Positions 51,745 to 61,460 of a stretch of 64,000 nucleotides of DNA are shown in pieces; positions within the stretch are counted from its first letter, which is position 1, and every line of letters starts with the position of its first letter. The DNA is from Opitutia bacterium (lineage in GTDB: Bacteria; Verrucomicrobiota; Verrucomicrobiia; Opitutales; Opitutaceae). The DNA lies in the NCBI GenBank assembly GCA_947478395.1, contig CANJVR010000001.1, forward strand, positions 64,001 through 128,000. Reading direction: 5' to 3'. Both the position numbers and the translations under genes were made by a program. The notes under the pieces were generated by a model that was not told the DNA's origin, searched no databases, and saw only the letters and a program-made list of their open reading frames with translations.

Positions 51745-52389
51745 ATGGTTTCTTTTCCCCGCCTCCAGATTTCAGCTCTCATAACCACGGCCCTACTGCC
51801 GTTTTTACTGCCCGGTTGCGCGAGCCCGCCGGCCGATGCAATCGCTGCACCCCCATCAACTCGTGACAGTCCGGTGAACATGACCGGGCACGCTGATTAT
51901 TTCGCCGGCAAATTGAGCGCCACGGTGACGGTGAATCGCGGGCCGGGGAGGAAGCCGGAAGACCCCAACGCGCCGCCCGACCAACGCGCCACTCGCACCG
52001 GCGGGGGGCGAAGCCGCCGGGACGGGTCCGCGGCGATGGAGCCGCCGACCGGCGAGCGAGACCAAGGTTCAGCGCGAGGACGAACGGTCGCAGGCAGTCC
52101 GCTCCCCACCCTGACGCTACGGCTGAAATTGGAAAACCGGGGCACGCAATCGCTCGCCATTGAAATCATCGAGGTCAGCTCCGAACTGGGAAATTTCGCG
52201 GTTCGCCCAGCCAAGCTCGAAATTCCCGCGGGCGAAACGCTCGAACCCGATCCCATGTTTTCCAAGCTCGGGATCACATCCGATCCCATTCTAGTTAAAG
52301 TCGTGTTGCGGCTCGCCGGGGCCCGCGAAGATCAAACCATAGCCGTCGAGAGCGTGCGGGCCCCCGCGGTTTCGCCCCTTTCGCGTTAG
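51745..52389 (+). CDS. Hypothetical lipoprotein
   Basis: Hydrophobic leader ending LLPGC (lipobox-like); beta-rich C-terminus. Confidence 0.65.
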   Translation: MVSFPRLQISALITTALLPFLLPGCASPPADAIAAPPSTRDSPVNMTGHADYFAGKLSATVTVNRGPGRKPEDPNAPPDQRATRTGGGRSRRDGSAAMEPPTGERDQGSARGRTVAGSPLPTLTLRLKLENRGTQSLAIEIIEVSSELGNFAVRPAKLEIPAGETLEPDPMFSKLGITSDPILVKVVLRLAGAREDQTIAVESVRAPAVSPLSR

Positions 52390-52485
52390 ACTAAGCCATC
52401 GAGGCGCACGGGGTCCATGCGAGTTGCACCGGAGGCCATTAAAAATGTTTCCCGTCGCCGGGTTCTGTGTGGTTAATGCTCGGCC

Positions 52486-53340
52486 ATGAATCCCCTGCGC
52501 AGCCTCGCCTTCGTCCTCAACGCCGAGAAACCCGGCGCATCCGAGCTCGCGGCCGAACTCATCACCGTCGCTCGGGCCGCCGGGGTGAAATGCAAGCGGA
52601 CCACGCGCTTCCCGATCGCGCGCGGTTGGCTCAAGGGATTCGACGCGTGCTGCGTCATCGGGGGCGACGGCACGCTCCTCGGCGTGGCGCGGGAAGCCGC
52701 CCGCGCGCAAGTTCCCGTCATCGGTGTCAACCGCGGCAACCTGGGATTCCTCACCACGTTTTCGGCCGAAGAAGTCAGGGCGCAGTTTCCCGCGCTGCTC
52801 CGGGGTGAGTTTCAACTTTCCCTACGCACCCTGCTCGCGTGCTCCACCCGCCCGGGCGCACACGACGTGGCGTTGAACGACGTGCTCGTGAAGGACCAGT
52901 TGAACTCGAAACTCGCCCACCTCGGGGTCTTCGCCGATGGCAAATTGGTGACCGAATATGCGTGCGACGGTCTGATTTTTTCCACGCCGACCGGCTCAAC
53001 GGCGTACAACCTTTCCGCCGGCGGCCCGCTCATTCACCCCGATGCCGAGGTGATCGCCATGACGCCCATCTGCCCGCACACGTTGAGCAACCGCTCGATC
53101 ATTTTCCGGCACGACGTCCGCCTGCGCATCTACAATCGCGGTCCCGGATCTACTCTGCTCGTGGCGATGGATGGCCAGCGCGACCATGTGAGCGCCACCG
53201 GTGCGCCGATTGAAATCTCCATCGCCCCACTGCGGTTGCCCTTGGTGCAACGACTCGACCACGCCCATTTCGCGGTCGTCCGCACAAAATTGCACTGGAG
53301 CGGCGGTTTCGTGGAGAAAATTTCTCCCACCAGCCAGTGA
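52486..53340 (+). CDS. nadK: NAD(+) kinase
   Basis: GGDGTLL, GNLGFL, ALND and DGLIFSTPTGSTAYNLSAGGP motifs. Confidence 0.96.
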   Translation: MNPLRSLAFVLNAEKPGASELAAELITVARAAGVKCKRTTRFPIARGWLKGFDACCVIGGDGTLLGVAREAARAQVPVIGVNRGNLGFLTTFSAEEVRAQFPALLRGEFQLSLRTLLACSTRPGAHDVALNDVLVKDQLNSKLAHLGVFADGKLVTEYACDGLIFSTPTGSTAYNLSAGGPLIHPDAEVIAMTPICPHTLSNRSIIFRHDVRLRIYNRGPGSTLLVAMDGQRDHVSATGAPIEISIAPLRLPLVQRLDHAHFAVVRTKLHWSGGFVEKISPTSQ

Positions 53341-53563
53341 GATTTTCCCGGCAAGGAGGCTAAAAGCGCCGGCTCAGCTTAGCGCAAGCCGTGGGGTTTA
53401 TCCGCCTCCGGCCGCGCCGATAACGACCAGACCCTGCTCGCGGGTCTTCCTCCGCAGCGCGTCCGCGTTTCGCTACTCGGCGCGACTCGGCGCACCAAGA
53501 GAGTGACTCCCAACCTGCGCATTAAGGCTAACCCACCCTAACTTCTGGGCCAGCGCGGAAAAC

Positions 53564-53594
53564 GAAAAGCCCCGGTGAACCGTCACCGGGGCTC
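53564..53594 (-). terminator. Rho-independent terminator
   Basis: AGCCCCGGTGA/TCACCGGGGCT stem followed by a T-run on the minus strand, just after the EF-hand gene. Confidence 0.75.
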
Positions 53595-53621
53595 GCTCAC
53601 TCGGACGTCTTCCAGGCAACG

Positions 53622-53891
53622 TCACTCCTTCTTCATCTTCTTCGCACTGGCCTTGCTCTCCGCTTTGGCCTTGTCGGCGTCGGCCTTCATCGCGGCCTTT
53701 TCCACGGCATCGAGTTTACCGTCTTTGTTCGCATCGTACTTCGCCAGCATCTCGGCGTCGTGTTCGGCTTTTTTTGCTTTGGCCGCGGACTTCGTGTCGG
53801 CGACTTCGGCGCGGACCGCGGGAACGGACAGAGCGAGGGCGGAGACAACCAGGATCAGGGAGCGGAGGCAGTGGGATGTATTGTTTTTCAT
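53622..53891 (-). CDS. Small secreted EF-hand protein
   Basis: Signal peptide, KYDANKDGKLDAVE EF-hand loop, Lys/Ala-rich flanks; GGAGG upstream. Confidence 0.8.
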   Translation of the reverse strand: MKNNTSHCLRSLILVVSALALSVPAVRAEVADTKSAAKAKKAEHDAEMLAKYDANKDGKLDAVEKAAMKADADKAKAESKASAKKMKKE

Positions 53892-54159
53892 AACACCGCC
53901 CAATTTGATTCCTCCATTTCTGAAATCCAGTCCCCGGCGTGTCACGGTGTGTCACCCATTTCTGTCATCAGCGATTTTACACTGGTCTCCGCGTTTCCGA
54001 TCGCCACGGGCAAGCGCGTGGAATCGGCGCGAGGACCGGCGCGACTCTCGTGGAGGTCAACGACGTGCCGTGAGACCGCCGGCGCGGTCCCCTCAATCCT
54101 CAAATGTGGGCCGGGGGCCCTCACCCCGCCTCCATTGATCAAAAACCGTCGCCGCCGAC

Positions 54160-56736
54160 CTACGGTCGCACGACCAGTTGCGTGCGCTGGCTGCGCTGAA
54201 AATATTTCTGCGCGAAAGCCGCGAGATCGGCGATGGTCACCGCGTCGATTTTCGCGTCGTAGCTGCGCCACGCGTTGAGCGGCTGGCCTTGGAGCGTGTT
54301 GAGTGTCGCCTGTAACGCGCGCGAAGAATTGGTCTGCATCGACTGGCGTTGTCCGGCCTTCAATCGCGCCTGGCAGCGCTTGAGTTCCACGTCCTCCACG
54401 CCACCCGCCTGTACCCGTGCGATCTCCGCGTCGATCTCGGTCAGCACCTCGCCTTCCTTCCCCGGCTGCGTCCCGGCGAAGAAATAAAACATGCCGACGT
54501 CGAGCCCAAGCACGCGGCCCGAGCGGACAAAGTACGCCAACCCCTTTTCCTCGCGCACGCGCTCGAACAGCCGCGAGGCCATGCCGCTAAACAATTCATC
54601 GGCCACTTCGCCCACGTAATAGTCCGGCGCGTGTACCCGCGTGCCGGGAAACGCCTGCAACACGACGGCCTGCTCGCGCGGTTGCTTTTCGACGAAATCG
54701 CCGACCGCGGCCGGTAGGGCATAAGACGGGTCTGAGGACAGCACCGCTTTGGGCACCGCCCCACGCGGGATTTTCGCGAGGAAGGCCTTCAGCTTCGGCC
54801 CCAGTTTTTTCGCGTCGAAATCGCCCGCCACCGCCAGCACGACGTTGGACGACACGAATAGCTTTCGATACAACGCTTTTAATTTGGCGGGTGTCAGAGC
54901 TCTGACGCCCGCTTCGTCCCCGAATGCGTCGACCGCGAGCGGATGAGCGCCGAAGAATTTTTTCCGCGCGAGCTTGCGGGCCAAGGTCACGACGTCGTCA
55001 GCGTCCTGCGCCAGACTCGCCAGCTGGGCATCGCGCTCCAGCGCAAACGCCGCCGGCTTGAACGCGGGCCTGAGCACCGCATCGGAAATCACCGCGAGAG
55101 CGCGATCCACATCGGGTGGAAGCACCTCGGCCGCGACGCCAAGACTGTTATTGCCCGCCAGCGGATGAAACGATCCGCCAACTTCCTCAATAAATTGCGC
55201 GACCTGCGCGGCGGTACGCTTGCCCGCATCCTTGGTCAGCAGGGTCGACAGCAAGGAAGTCGACCCCCGCTCACCCGGCTCCTCGAACAGCACGCCACCA
55301 TTCACGGCGAGGCGAAAATGCACGTTCGGCAGCCGATGATCCGGCTGGAGCAAGAGGCGCGCACCGTTGGGCAACTTGATCTCCTCGAAATCGACGGTCG
55401 CATTCCGGGATTGTTTCGCCGCCACCACCGCGACGCCAGCCGCCGTCGGATTAAGCGAGATCGATGTGAGTCGCGCCGGCATCAGATAGGTGCGCAGCAT
55501 CCGGCTCAAATCAGCCGGGGTCACGGCCCGCAATTGATCGAAATAGGACCGGCTGTAATCGAGATCACCCACGACCACTTCGGCCGCTCCGAGTCGCGAG
55601 GCCTGGCCACTCATGGTTTTGCGGGAGTTGATTTCCCCGACGACGACCTGACGAAGGGCCTTTTTGAGCTGAGCCGCCGTGAAGCCTTTCGTGGCGTGAC
55701 GCGCCAGATGCCGCTCGATCGCATGAACCGCCGCGACGCGTTTGTCCGCGTCCGCCGTGAAGCTGATACAAAATAGTCCACTGCTGCCCGGATTCCACGC
55801 CGACGCATCGACACTGTGGACCAGCCCGGTTTTCTCGCGGATTTCCTGCCAGAGCACGGAGCTGTCTCCGCCGCCCAAAACCGTCGCCAAGAGATCGAGG
55901 ATCGGAGCGTCTTCGTGCGTGAGACCCGGAATCGGCCACGTCAATGCGCCGCGCGTCAGCTCCACGTCTTCGAAGCGGTGCAGTGATCGCGGCGCCAGTT
56001 GCATCGGCTCGTCTGGCACGTACACCGGCGCGATTTTAACGCGTGGCGCCGCCCCGAAGTGGGTCTCGACCGCCGCTCGCGTCGCGGCGAGATCGATGTC
56101 ACCGACGATGACCACGACCAAGTTATTGGGGACGTAACGCGCGCGGTAGTAATCGAGCAGGTCCTGGTGGGTAACGGCGGAAAATACGTCGCGATGCCCG
56201 ATGATCGGCTGACGGTAAGGATGCACGCGGAAGGCCGTGGAAAAAAGCGCGTCCCACAGCCGGCTGTCGGGTTCGTCCTTGGTCATGGCGATCTCGCGCA
56301 AAATCACGTCCTTTTCCTTTGCCGTCTCATCGGCCGGCAAGGTCGAACGCAGCACCGCGTCAGCCAGAATATCGATGGCCACGTCGGTGTGTTCGCTCGG
56401 CAGATCGATATAGTAAACGGTGCGGTCAAACGTCGTGTAGGCATTGATGTAGCCGCCGTGAGCCTGGACCGTCGCGGAGATCTCGCGGCCGGCCCGGCGC
56501 GACGTGCCTTTGAAGAGCATGTGCTCGAGATAATGAGAGAGGCCCGCGCCGAGGTGCTCGCCCTCGTGGATACTGCCGGTTTTCACCCAGACCTGCACCG
56601 AAGCCAGCGCCGCCGAGCGGTCCGGCTTCAGAATGAGCGTGAGGCCGTTCGGCAAAATCGTGCGCTCCACCGGTTCCTGCCAAAACGGATCGAGCAGGCG
56701 GAGATCGGCGGCCAGTGAGACGGAAGGTTTTGGCAT
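54160..56736 (-). CDS. M16 family zinc peptidase (pitrilysin/PqqL-like)
   Basis: HYLEHMLFKG inverted zincin, NAYT, YVPNN and SRLFERVREEKGLAY motifs. Confidence 0.94.
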   Translation of the reverse strand: MPKPSVSLAADLRLLDPFWQEPVERTILPNGLTLILKPDRSAALASVQVWVKTGSIHEGEHLGAGLSHYLEHMLFKGTSRRAGREISATVQAHGGYINAYTTFDRTVYYIDLPSEHTDVAIDILADAVLRSTLPADETAKEKDVILREIAMTKDEPDSRLWDALFSTAFRVHPYRQPIIGHRDVFSAVTHQDLLDYYRARYVPNNLVVVIVGDIDLAATRAAVETHFGAAPRVKIAPVYVPDEPMQLAPRSLHRFEDVELTRGALTWPIPGLTHEDAPILDLLATVLGGGDSSVLWQEIREKTGLVHSVDASAWNPGSSGLFCISFTADADKRVAAVHAIERHLARHATKGFTAAQLKKALRQVVVGEINSRKTMSGQASRLGAAEVVVGDLDYSRSYFDQLRAVTPADLSRMLRTYLMPARLTSISLNPTAAGVAVVAAKQSRNATVDFEEIKLPNGARLLLQPDHRLPNVHFRLAVNGGVLFEEPGERGSTSLLSTLLTKDAGKRTAAQVAQFIEEVGGSFHPLAGNNSLGVAAEVLPPDVDRALAVISDAVLRPAFKPAAFALERDAQLASLAQDADDVVTLARKLARKKFFGAHPLAVDAFGDEAGVRALTPAKLKALYRKLFVSSNVVLAVAGDFDAKKLGPKLKAFLAKIPRGAVPKAVLSSDPSYALPAAVGDFVEKQPREQAVVLQAFPGTRVHAPDYYVGEVADELFSGMASRLFERVREEKGLAYFVRSGRVLGLDVGMFYFFAGTQPGKEGEVLTEIDAEIARVQAGGVEDVELKRCQARLKAGQRQSMQTNSSRALQATLNTLQGQPLNAWRSYDAKIDAVTIADLAAFAQKYFQRSQRTQLVVRP

Positions 56737-56799
56737 GGAACGACAGTGAAAATAAAAAAGCTAACGTGCAACCGACGGGGCCTCAACGGGCGCCCTCGA

Positions 56800-57219
56800 C
56801 TACTTTTCCAGCGGCGCGGCGCGACGCTTGGCGGGATGGAACGGCTTCACGAACGCATCATCGAAGCTATAGATATCCGTAAAATCCTCCGGACGATCGC
56901 TCTCCGTTTTGGAAAATACACCGTACTCGATGAGGTTGAAAACGATGTCGCCGAAATCGCGGCAGCGACGGACGCCCCAGGCGTTGAGCACGGTCTTGGT
57001 GAGCGGGCCGTATTGTTCGAGGGCGTAGGACCGCAGACCTTCCAGCAATTCCGGACCCGAGACATGACGCGAGCGCTCGGCCTTGGCCGTTTCCTTCTTC
57101 CGAATCTCCTTCACGGTATGATCGAGACCATGGCGCACGAAGTCGTACGCCTTGCGATCGAAGCGCGGGTCTTCTTTGCAGATGAGTGCAACTTTTTCGG
57201 CAAAATCCGGGTCTTGCAT
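56800..57219 (-). CDS. Minf_1886 family protein (Planctomycete/Verrucomicrobia conserved)
   Basis: DPRF..AY.FV..L, HVSGPELLEG.R..A..QYG and WGV...DFGDIVFNLIE...DF motifs. Confidence 0.85.
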   Translation of the reverse strand: MQDPDFAEKVALICKEDPRFDRKAYDFVRHGLDHTVKEIRKKETAKAERSRHVSGPELLEGLRSYALEQYGPLTKTVLNAWGVRRCRDFGDIVFNLIEYGVFSKTESDRPEDFTDIYSFDDAFVKPFHPAKRRAAPLEK

Positions 57220-57420
57220 GCGGTGGCGCTCAAATAGGCACACCCTTAGACTCCGTGCAATCCTTGGGTCGTATTGGATTATTGCGCCGCAGATTTTCCA
57301 AAAAAACCACGAAACAGCCCGGTTTTACGCGGAGGAAATTCACGTAATTATAAATTGTCGCCCAAAAGATTCGCCCTGATCACCTCGACCAAGACGGATT
57401 TTCCGGCGGCTTCCGCTCCG

Positions 57421-57820
57421 ACCGGGATCGTCAGCTTCATCGAGTCTGCCTAGATCAAACTCAAAGGCGCCGGGTGAGCATCACTCAAAGCGCACCTCGC
57501 CATTCGCGCTGATCCCATCAGGCGCAACCAGCCCACCAGCATCGAGCAGCTCCACTAGGAACTCGCCCACAACGCGGGCGAATTGCGCACTGTTTACCGC
57601 TGCATGGACACGTTTGATCAAATCAGCCTCGTGCGCCGCAGCTTCTATCACGACGACTCCAGCCCCTCCGCGATCAATCCCGGCGAACCCACCTGGCCCC
57701 CGCATGATCTTGAAGTCCACCAAAGGCGTCGCGGCGCTCGATCCAAAAATCTTCGCCGAAGACCGCGCTACCGTGCTTGCCGTCGAGGAGAAATTGCGCG
57801 CCAAGGGCTACCTGGCGGTC
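57421..57820 (+). pseudogene. Decayed coding remnant of unknown family
   Basis: Protein-like frame with three stops (..IEQLH*ELAHNAGELRTVYRCMDTFDQISL..PSAINPGEPTWP), continuing after a frameshift as RMILKSTKGVAALDPKIFAEDRATVLAVEEKLRAKGYL. Confidence 0.4.
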
Positions 57821-57899
57821 GGGCCCATCGCAGTTTTTTGGGCACCCCGCCGAACCGGCGCGTTTAGGATCACTCGCCCTACCCTTTTTTAAGTCTGCC

Positions 57900-60800
57900 C
57901 TACCGCTCGCCGCCGAGCCGAATCCGTGGGTCAAGCCAAAGCAGCAGCAGGTCGCTGACGAGGGTACCCACCACCGCAAGCAGACTGAGCACCATCAGCA
58001 TCGAACCCGCGAGATAGACATCTTCAACCAACAGCGCGTCGAGCATCGTCGGGCCGATCATCGGCAGACTCATGACCATGGCCACGATCGCTCCCCCGGA
58101 AACCAGCTGAGGGAAAAGTCCGCCCAAACTGGAGACGAACGGGTTCAACGCCAGCCGCACCGGATATTTCAGAAGAAGCTTCAGCGGACGCACGCCTTTG
58201 GCGCGAGCCGTGACCACGTATGGCTTGTTCAGTTCATCGAGTAAATTAGCCCGCATGACCCGACTCATCCCGGCCACGCCCCCCACTCCGAGCACTACAA
58301 CCGGCAGCCAGATGTGTTTCAGCAAGTCGCCGATTTTCGCTCCACTCCACCCGCTAAGGCTCGAAAACTCCGGCGAAAACAATCCATCCAGGCTGACACC
58401 GAGCCATCGCTTCGCGAGAAACATCACCACGAGCGCGAGCAGAAACGCGGGCACGGACATGCCCATGAATCCGAGTGTAGTCAGCGCATAGTCGCCCACT
58501 GAATATGGGCGAACCGCCGAATAAATTCCCGCGGGCACGGCGATCAACCACACCAGCAGCAGAGTCGAAACCGATACGATCAGCGTGAGCGCGATGCGAT
58601 CGCCGATCACCTCGTTCACCGATTTTTCATGCTCCATCGACAGCCCGAGATACCCCTGCAACAAGCCCGCGTCCACCGCGTCGAACGTGGTGAACCACGT
58701 CAGGCCCAGCCAGTGCGCGTAGCGCCGCGCCATGGATTCATCGAGGTGAAAATTATGGCGAAGATCGGCCGCGAGTTGTTCATTACTGGGCGCACCATCG
58801 AGCTCAAGCCGGGCAACGCGGGTCGTGACGAAATCGCCGGGCGGCAGTTGCACGAGACCGAAGACGATCACCGAAACCACCAGTAGGGTCGGGATCATCA
58901 ACAGCAGCCGGCGGCCGAGAAACGGATGCCGCAGCGCGATGAGCCCTAGTACGAGCAATCCCGCGCCGACGAAGAGCGTCCGCAAAATCGCGCCTATTCC
59001 CGCCCCGGTCATCGCCCCGGCTTCCCCTCTGATCTGAGCGACGCCAGGCGCGGGCGTGATTGCGACAATAGCCCGCTTCGTCTGCTCGAAGATCGCAGCG
59101 CCATCGGCGGTTTTTTCCCAAAAATAGGTTTCCATGCCCGTGTTGGCGGGAGTCTGAAAGCCCGAGCCAAAGAGCGCCGTGCGCGGGACGTTGCGAAATC
59201 CATTTTTAACTACGACCAATTGGGGTGGCGGCGTGGCGACACTGATCGTCCAGAGATTATCCGCGGCCAGATTCAACACCTCGTCGAAACGCGACCGGCG
59301 CTCCGCCTCGGTTAATAACTTTGTCGTCTCCTCGAATAATTCCATGGCGCGGCGTAACGGATGCCCGAGCGGTGGCGCCATGGCGGCGGGGCGTTGGGCC
59401 GCGGGGTCACCATAAAGTCCGCCGTATTGATTCCAGATACCGAAGCGCGGCGCGAAAAACGATTCGCTGTAGGTCGGCAGAAAATTGCGCGGCTCGGCCA
59501 GCGGATAGAATTCGCTCTCGCCCGTCCACACCGTGAAGTCGTGCTCGAAGGTGAGTTTTTCCTGGTCGAACAGCCGGCGCGCCCGCTGCCGCGGATTGAC
59601 GCGCACGCCCACCGCCGCCCAGTCGTCCACGATAAACTGGGCCGGTCCCGCGATGGTGTAGTCGGATAAATTCAACGCGAAACTCATCCGCAACCCGCCG
59701 GGAAACGTCCGAAATCCTTCGCCGTCGCGGTGCGTCAGCCCGAGTTCGTCGAGCAGGCGGTTGGCCTCCGCCGGATCATACGCGGTGAACGCATGAGACA
59801 GCCGCTCGCTGTGAAACGGCGAATCCGGTCCGGGCTCAATCTGCGCGGGCTCCGCCTGCCCGTTGAATTCCGCGTCGATGATATCGCGCCGGTTAATCGC
59901 GAGCGAAAGCGCCTGCCGGAAACGGCGCTCGTTCAGCAGATCGTGTTTCAACTTCGTCTCGGGCTGCGCCGGATCGACCCGCCGGTTCAAATTCGGAAAC
60001 ACCGTGAAGAGGGAACGCGCCGACGGTTTCCAGTGATAAACCTCGTAGCCGTTGCGCGCCGCGCTGCCGACCAACAGCGTGTGATCCTCGTAGCGGATAT
60101 TGCGCTCCTGCATCGACGGCTCGCCGTTGGCGGCGGACACCGCGATCAGGTTATTGGTTTTGATGTCGACCACGACGCGATCGAGGTACGGCAGCTGGTT
60201 GCCCTGCGGATCGACGGCAAAGTAGTAGGGATTCCGCACCAAAATCTGCGGCGTCGTCGGCGCGTAGGTGTGATAGACCCACGGCCACAACCGCGGAAAC
60301 TCAGGATTGAAGTAGTGCTTCATCCGTTTGTAGACCGCGACCGGACTCGAGAGCTTGAGTGCCGCCATCGTGCGCTGGATCAACGCCTGATCGCCCAGCT
60401 CCGGGTGGTACTGGCGCAGGTAGTGCGCCGGGACGATGTGGTCCGTGAAGTCCTCCCAGTTCATCCCGACCGACGCCAACCGCTCGATAAAAAGCGGATT
60501 CGGCTGGAGAAACGTGAAACGCACGCGGAGGTCATCGACTTTTTCCACTACGCCGAGGCTCGGACCGGCGCGGAGAAATTTCGGCTGGGCCTTGAAATAT
60601 TTCACCTCGTGCTCGTACCAGTAAACGAGGTCCTCGCTCGTGAACGGATGTCCGTCCGACCAACGCACCCCGCGGCGCAACGTGAAAGTGAACACCCGTT
60701 GGTCGGGAGAAATCTCCCACGATTTCGCCAGGTGCGGCACGATAGGATAACCCTGCGGCGACCAGCGCACCAGATTTGGCGCCGAGAGCCGCCACGCGAT

Positions 60801-61214
60801 GGTGCTCACGTCGTTGCTCGAGTTCGCGAGACGATACCACGTGCCGCCGTAGTTACCGTTGCCCTCGGGCCCGGCCATGACGATGGGCTCCGGCCCGGTG
60901 CGCTCCGCCACCGGCGGCAACCGCCCCTCACTCACGAGCGCCGCGAGTACCGGCGCCTCGCCCTTTGGCCACCACGCCGACCGTGCGCCCTCCGCATAAT
61001 CCACGGTCTGCACCACGACCGGGGCGTGATCGCGGTCGATCCGCGCCGCACTCAACCGGGCCTTTTCGATCACGGCGAGTTCCGCCGGCGGCGGCGGTGC
61101 TGGCGGGGTCTTCACATCCGGCCGCAGCCAACGGCCGCACCAGTAGAGTAAAAGGGTGAACGCCAATGCCGCGGCGGCGAAACCGGCAAGAGGGGCAAGA
61201 AGGCGCTTGGTCAC
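57900..61214 (-). CDS. Peptide/oligosaccharide ABC substrate-binding protein (family 5) fused to an OppB-type permease
   Basis: LPPVAERTG..P, LAKSWEIS..FTFTLRRGVRWSDGHPFT and DPQGNQLPYLDR motifs. Then QLPPGDF, G.LG.S, RVMRANLLDEL..PYVVTARAKG and LDPRIR. GTG start assumed. Confidence 0.92.
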   Translation of the reverse strand: MTKRLLAPLAGFAAAALAFTLLLYWCGRWLRPDVKTPPAPPPPAELAVIEKARLSAARIDRDHAPVVVQTVDYAEGARSAWWPKGEAPVLAALVSEGRLPPVAERTGPEPIVMAGPEGNGNYGGTWYRLANSSNDVSTIAWRLSAPNLVRWSPQGYPIVPHLAKSWEISPDQRVFTFTLRRGVRWSDGHPFTSEDLVYWYEHEVKYFKAQPKFLRAGPSLGVVEKVDDLRVRFTFLQPNPLFIERLASVGMNWEDFTDHIVPAHYLRQYHPELGDQALIQRTMAALKLSSPVAVYKRMKHYFNPEFPRLWPWVYHTYAPTTPQILVRNPYYFAVDPQGNQLPYLDRVVVDIKTNNLIAVSAANGEPSMQERNIRYEDHTLLVGSAARNGYEVYHWKPSARSLFTVFPNLNRRVDPAQPETKLKHDLLNERRFRQALSLAINRRDIIDAEFNGQAEPAQIEPGPDSPFHSERLSHAFTAYDPAEANRLLDELGLTHRDGEGFRTFPGGLRMSFALNLSDYTIAGPAQFIVDDWAAVGVRVNPRQRARRLFDQEKLTFEHDFTVWTGESEFYPLAEPRNFLPTYSESFFAPRFGIWNQYGGLYGDPAAQRPAAMAPPLGHPLRRAMELFEETTKLLTEAERRSRFDEVLNLAADNLWTISVATPPPQLVVVKNGFRNVPRTALFGSGFQTPANTGMETYFWEKTADGAAIFEQTKRAIVAITPAPGVAQIRGEAGAMTGAGIGAILRTLFVGAGLLVLGLIALRHPFLGRRLLLMIPTLLVVSVIVFGLVQLPPGDFVTTRVARLELDGAPSNEQLAADLRHNFHLDESMARRYAHWLGLTWFTTFDAVDAGLLQGYLGLSMEHEKSVNEVIGDRIALTLIVSVSTLLLVWLIAVPAGIYSAVRPYSVGDYALTTLGFMGMSVPAFLLALVVMFLAKRWLGVSLDGLFSPEFSSLSGWSGAKIGDLLKHIWLPVVVLGVGGVAGMSRVMRANLLDELNKPYVVTARAKGVRPLKLLLKYPVRLALNPFVSSLGGLFPQLVSGGAIVAMVMSLPMIGPTMLDALLVEDVYLAGSMLMVLSLLAVVGTLVSDLLLLWLDPRIRLGGER

Positions 61215-61334
61215 AATAAAACCCCCGCAAGAAATTATTCGGGCCCCGCGAACGCAACGCTGTTCCCGCCTCAACCCGGCCAAAATTCACCGCCCCGCAC
61301 CGCCCGCCATCCGCCGGAAACCCCCGTTCCAACA

Positions 61335-61353
61335 TGTCACCTATTAAGTGACG
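61335..61353. promoter_or_regulatory. 19-bp imperfect palindrome TGTCACCTATTAAGTGACG
   Basis: Matches the reverse complement of the 20170-20188 core at 17 of 19 positions. Lies between divergent genes. Confidence 0.6.
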
Positions 61354-61460
61354 TTCCCTCTGGAAATCGGCGCGGCCAAGGTGGGCGCGGACCCGCGGGG
61401 AAATAGGCCGCTAAGGCCTCGCACGCTTGCCATCCGGGAGCGCGCGTGGAAAGAAAACGC

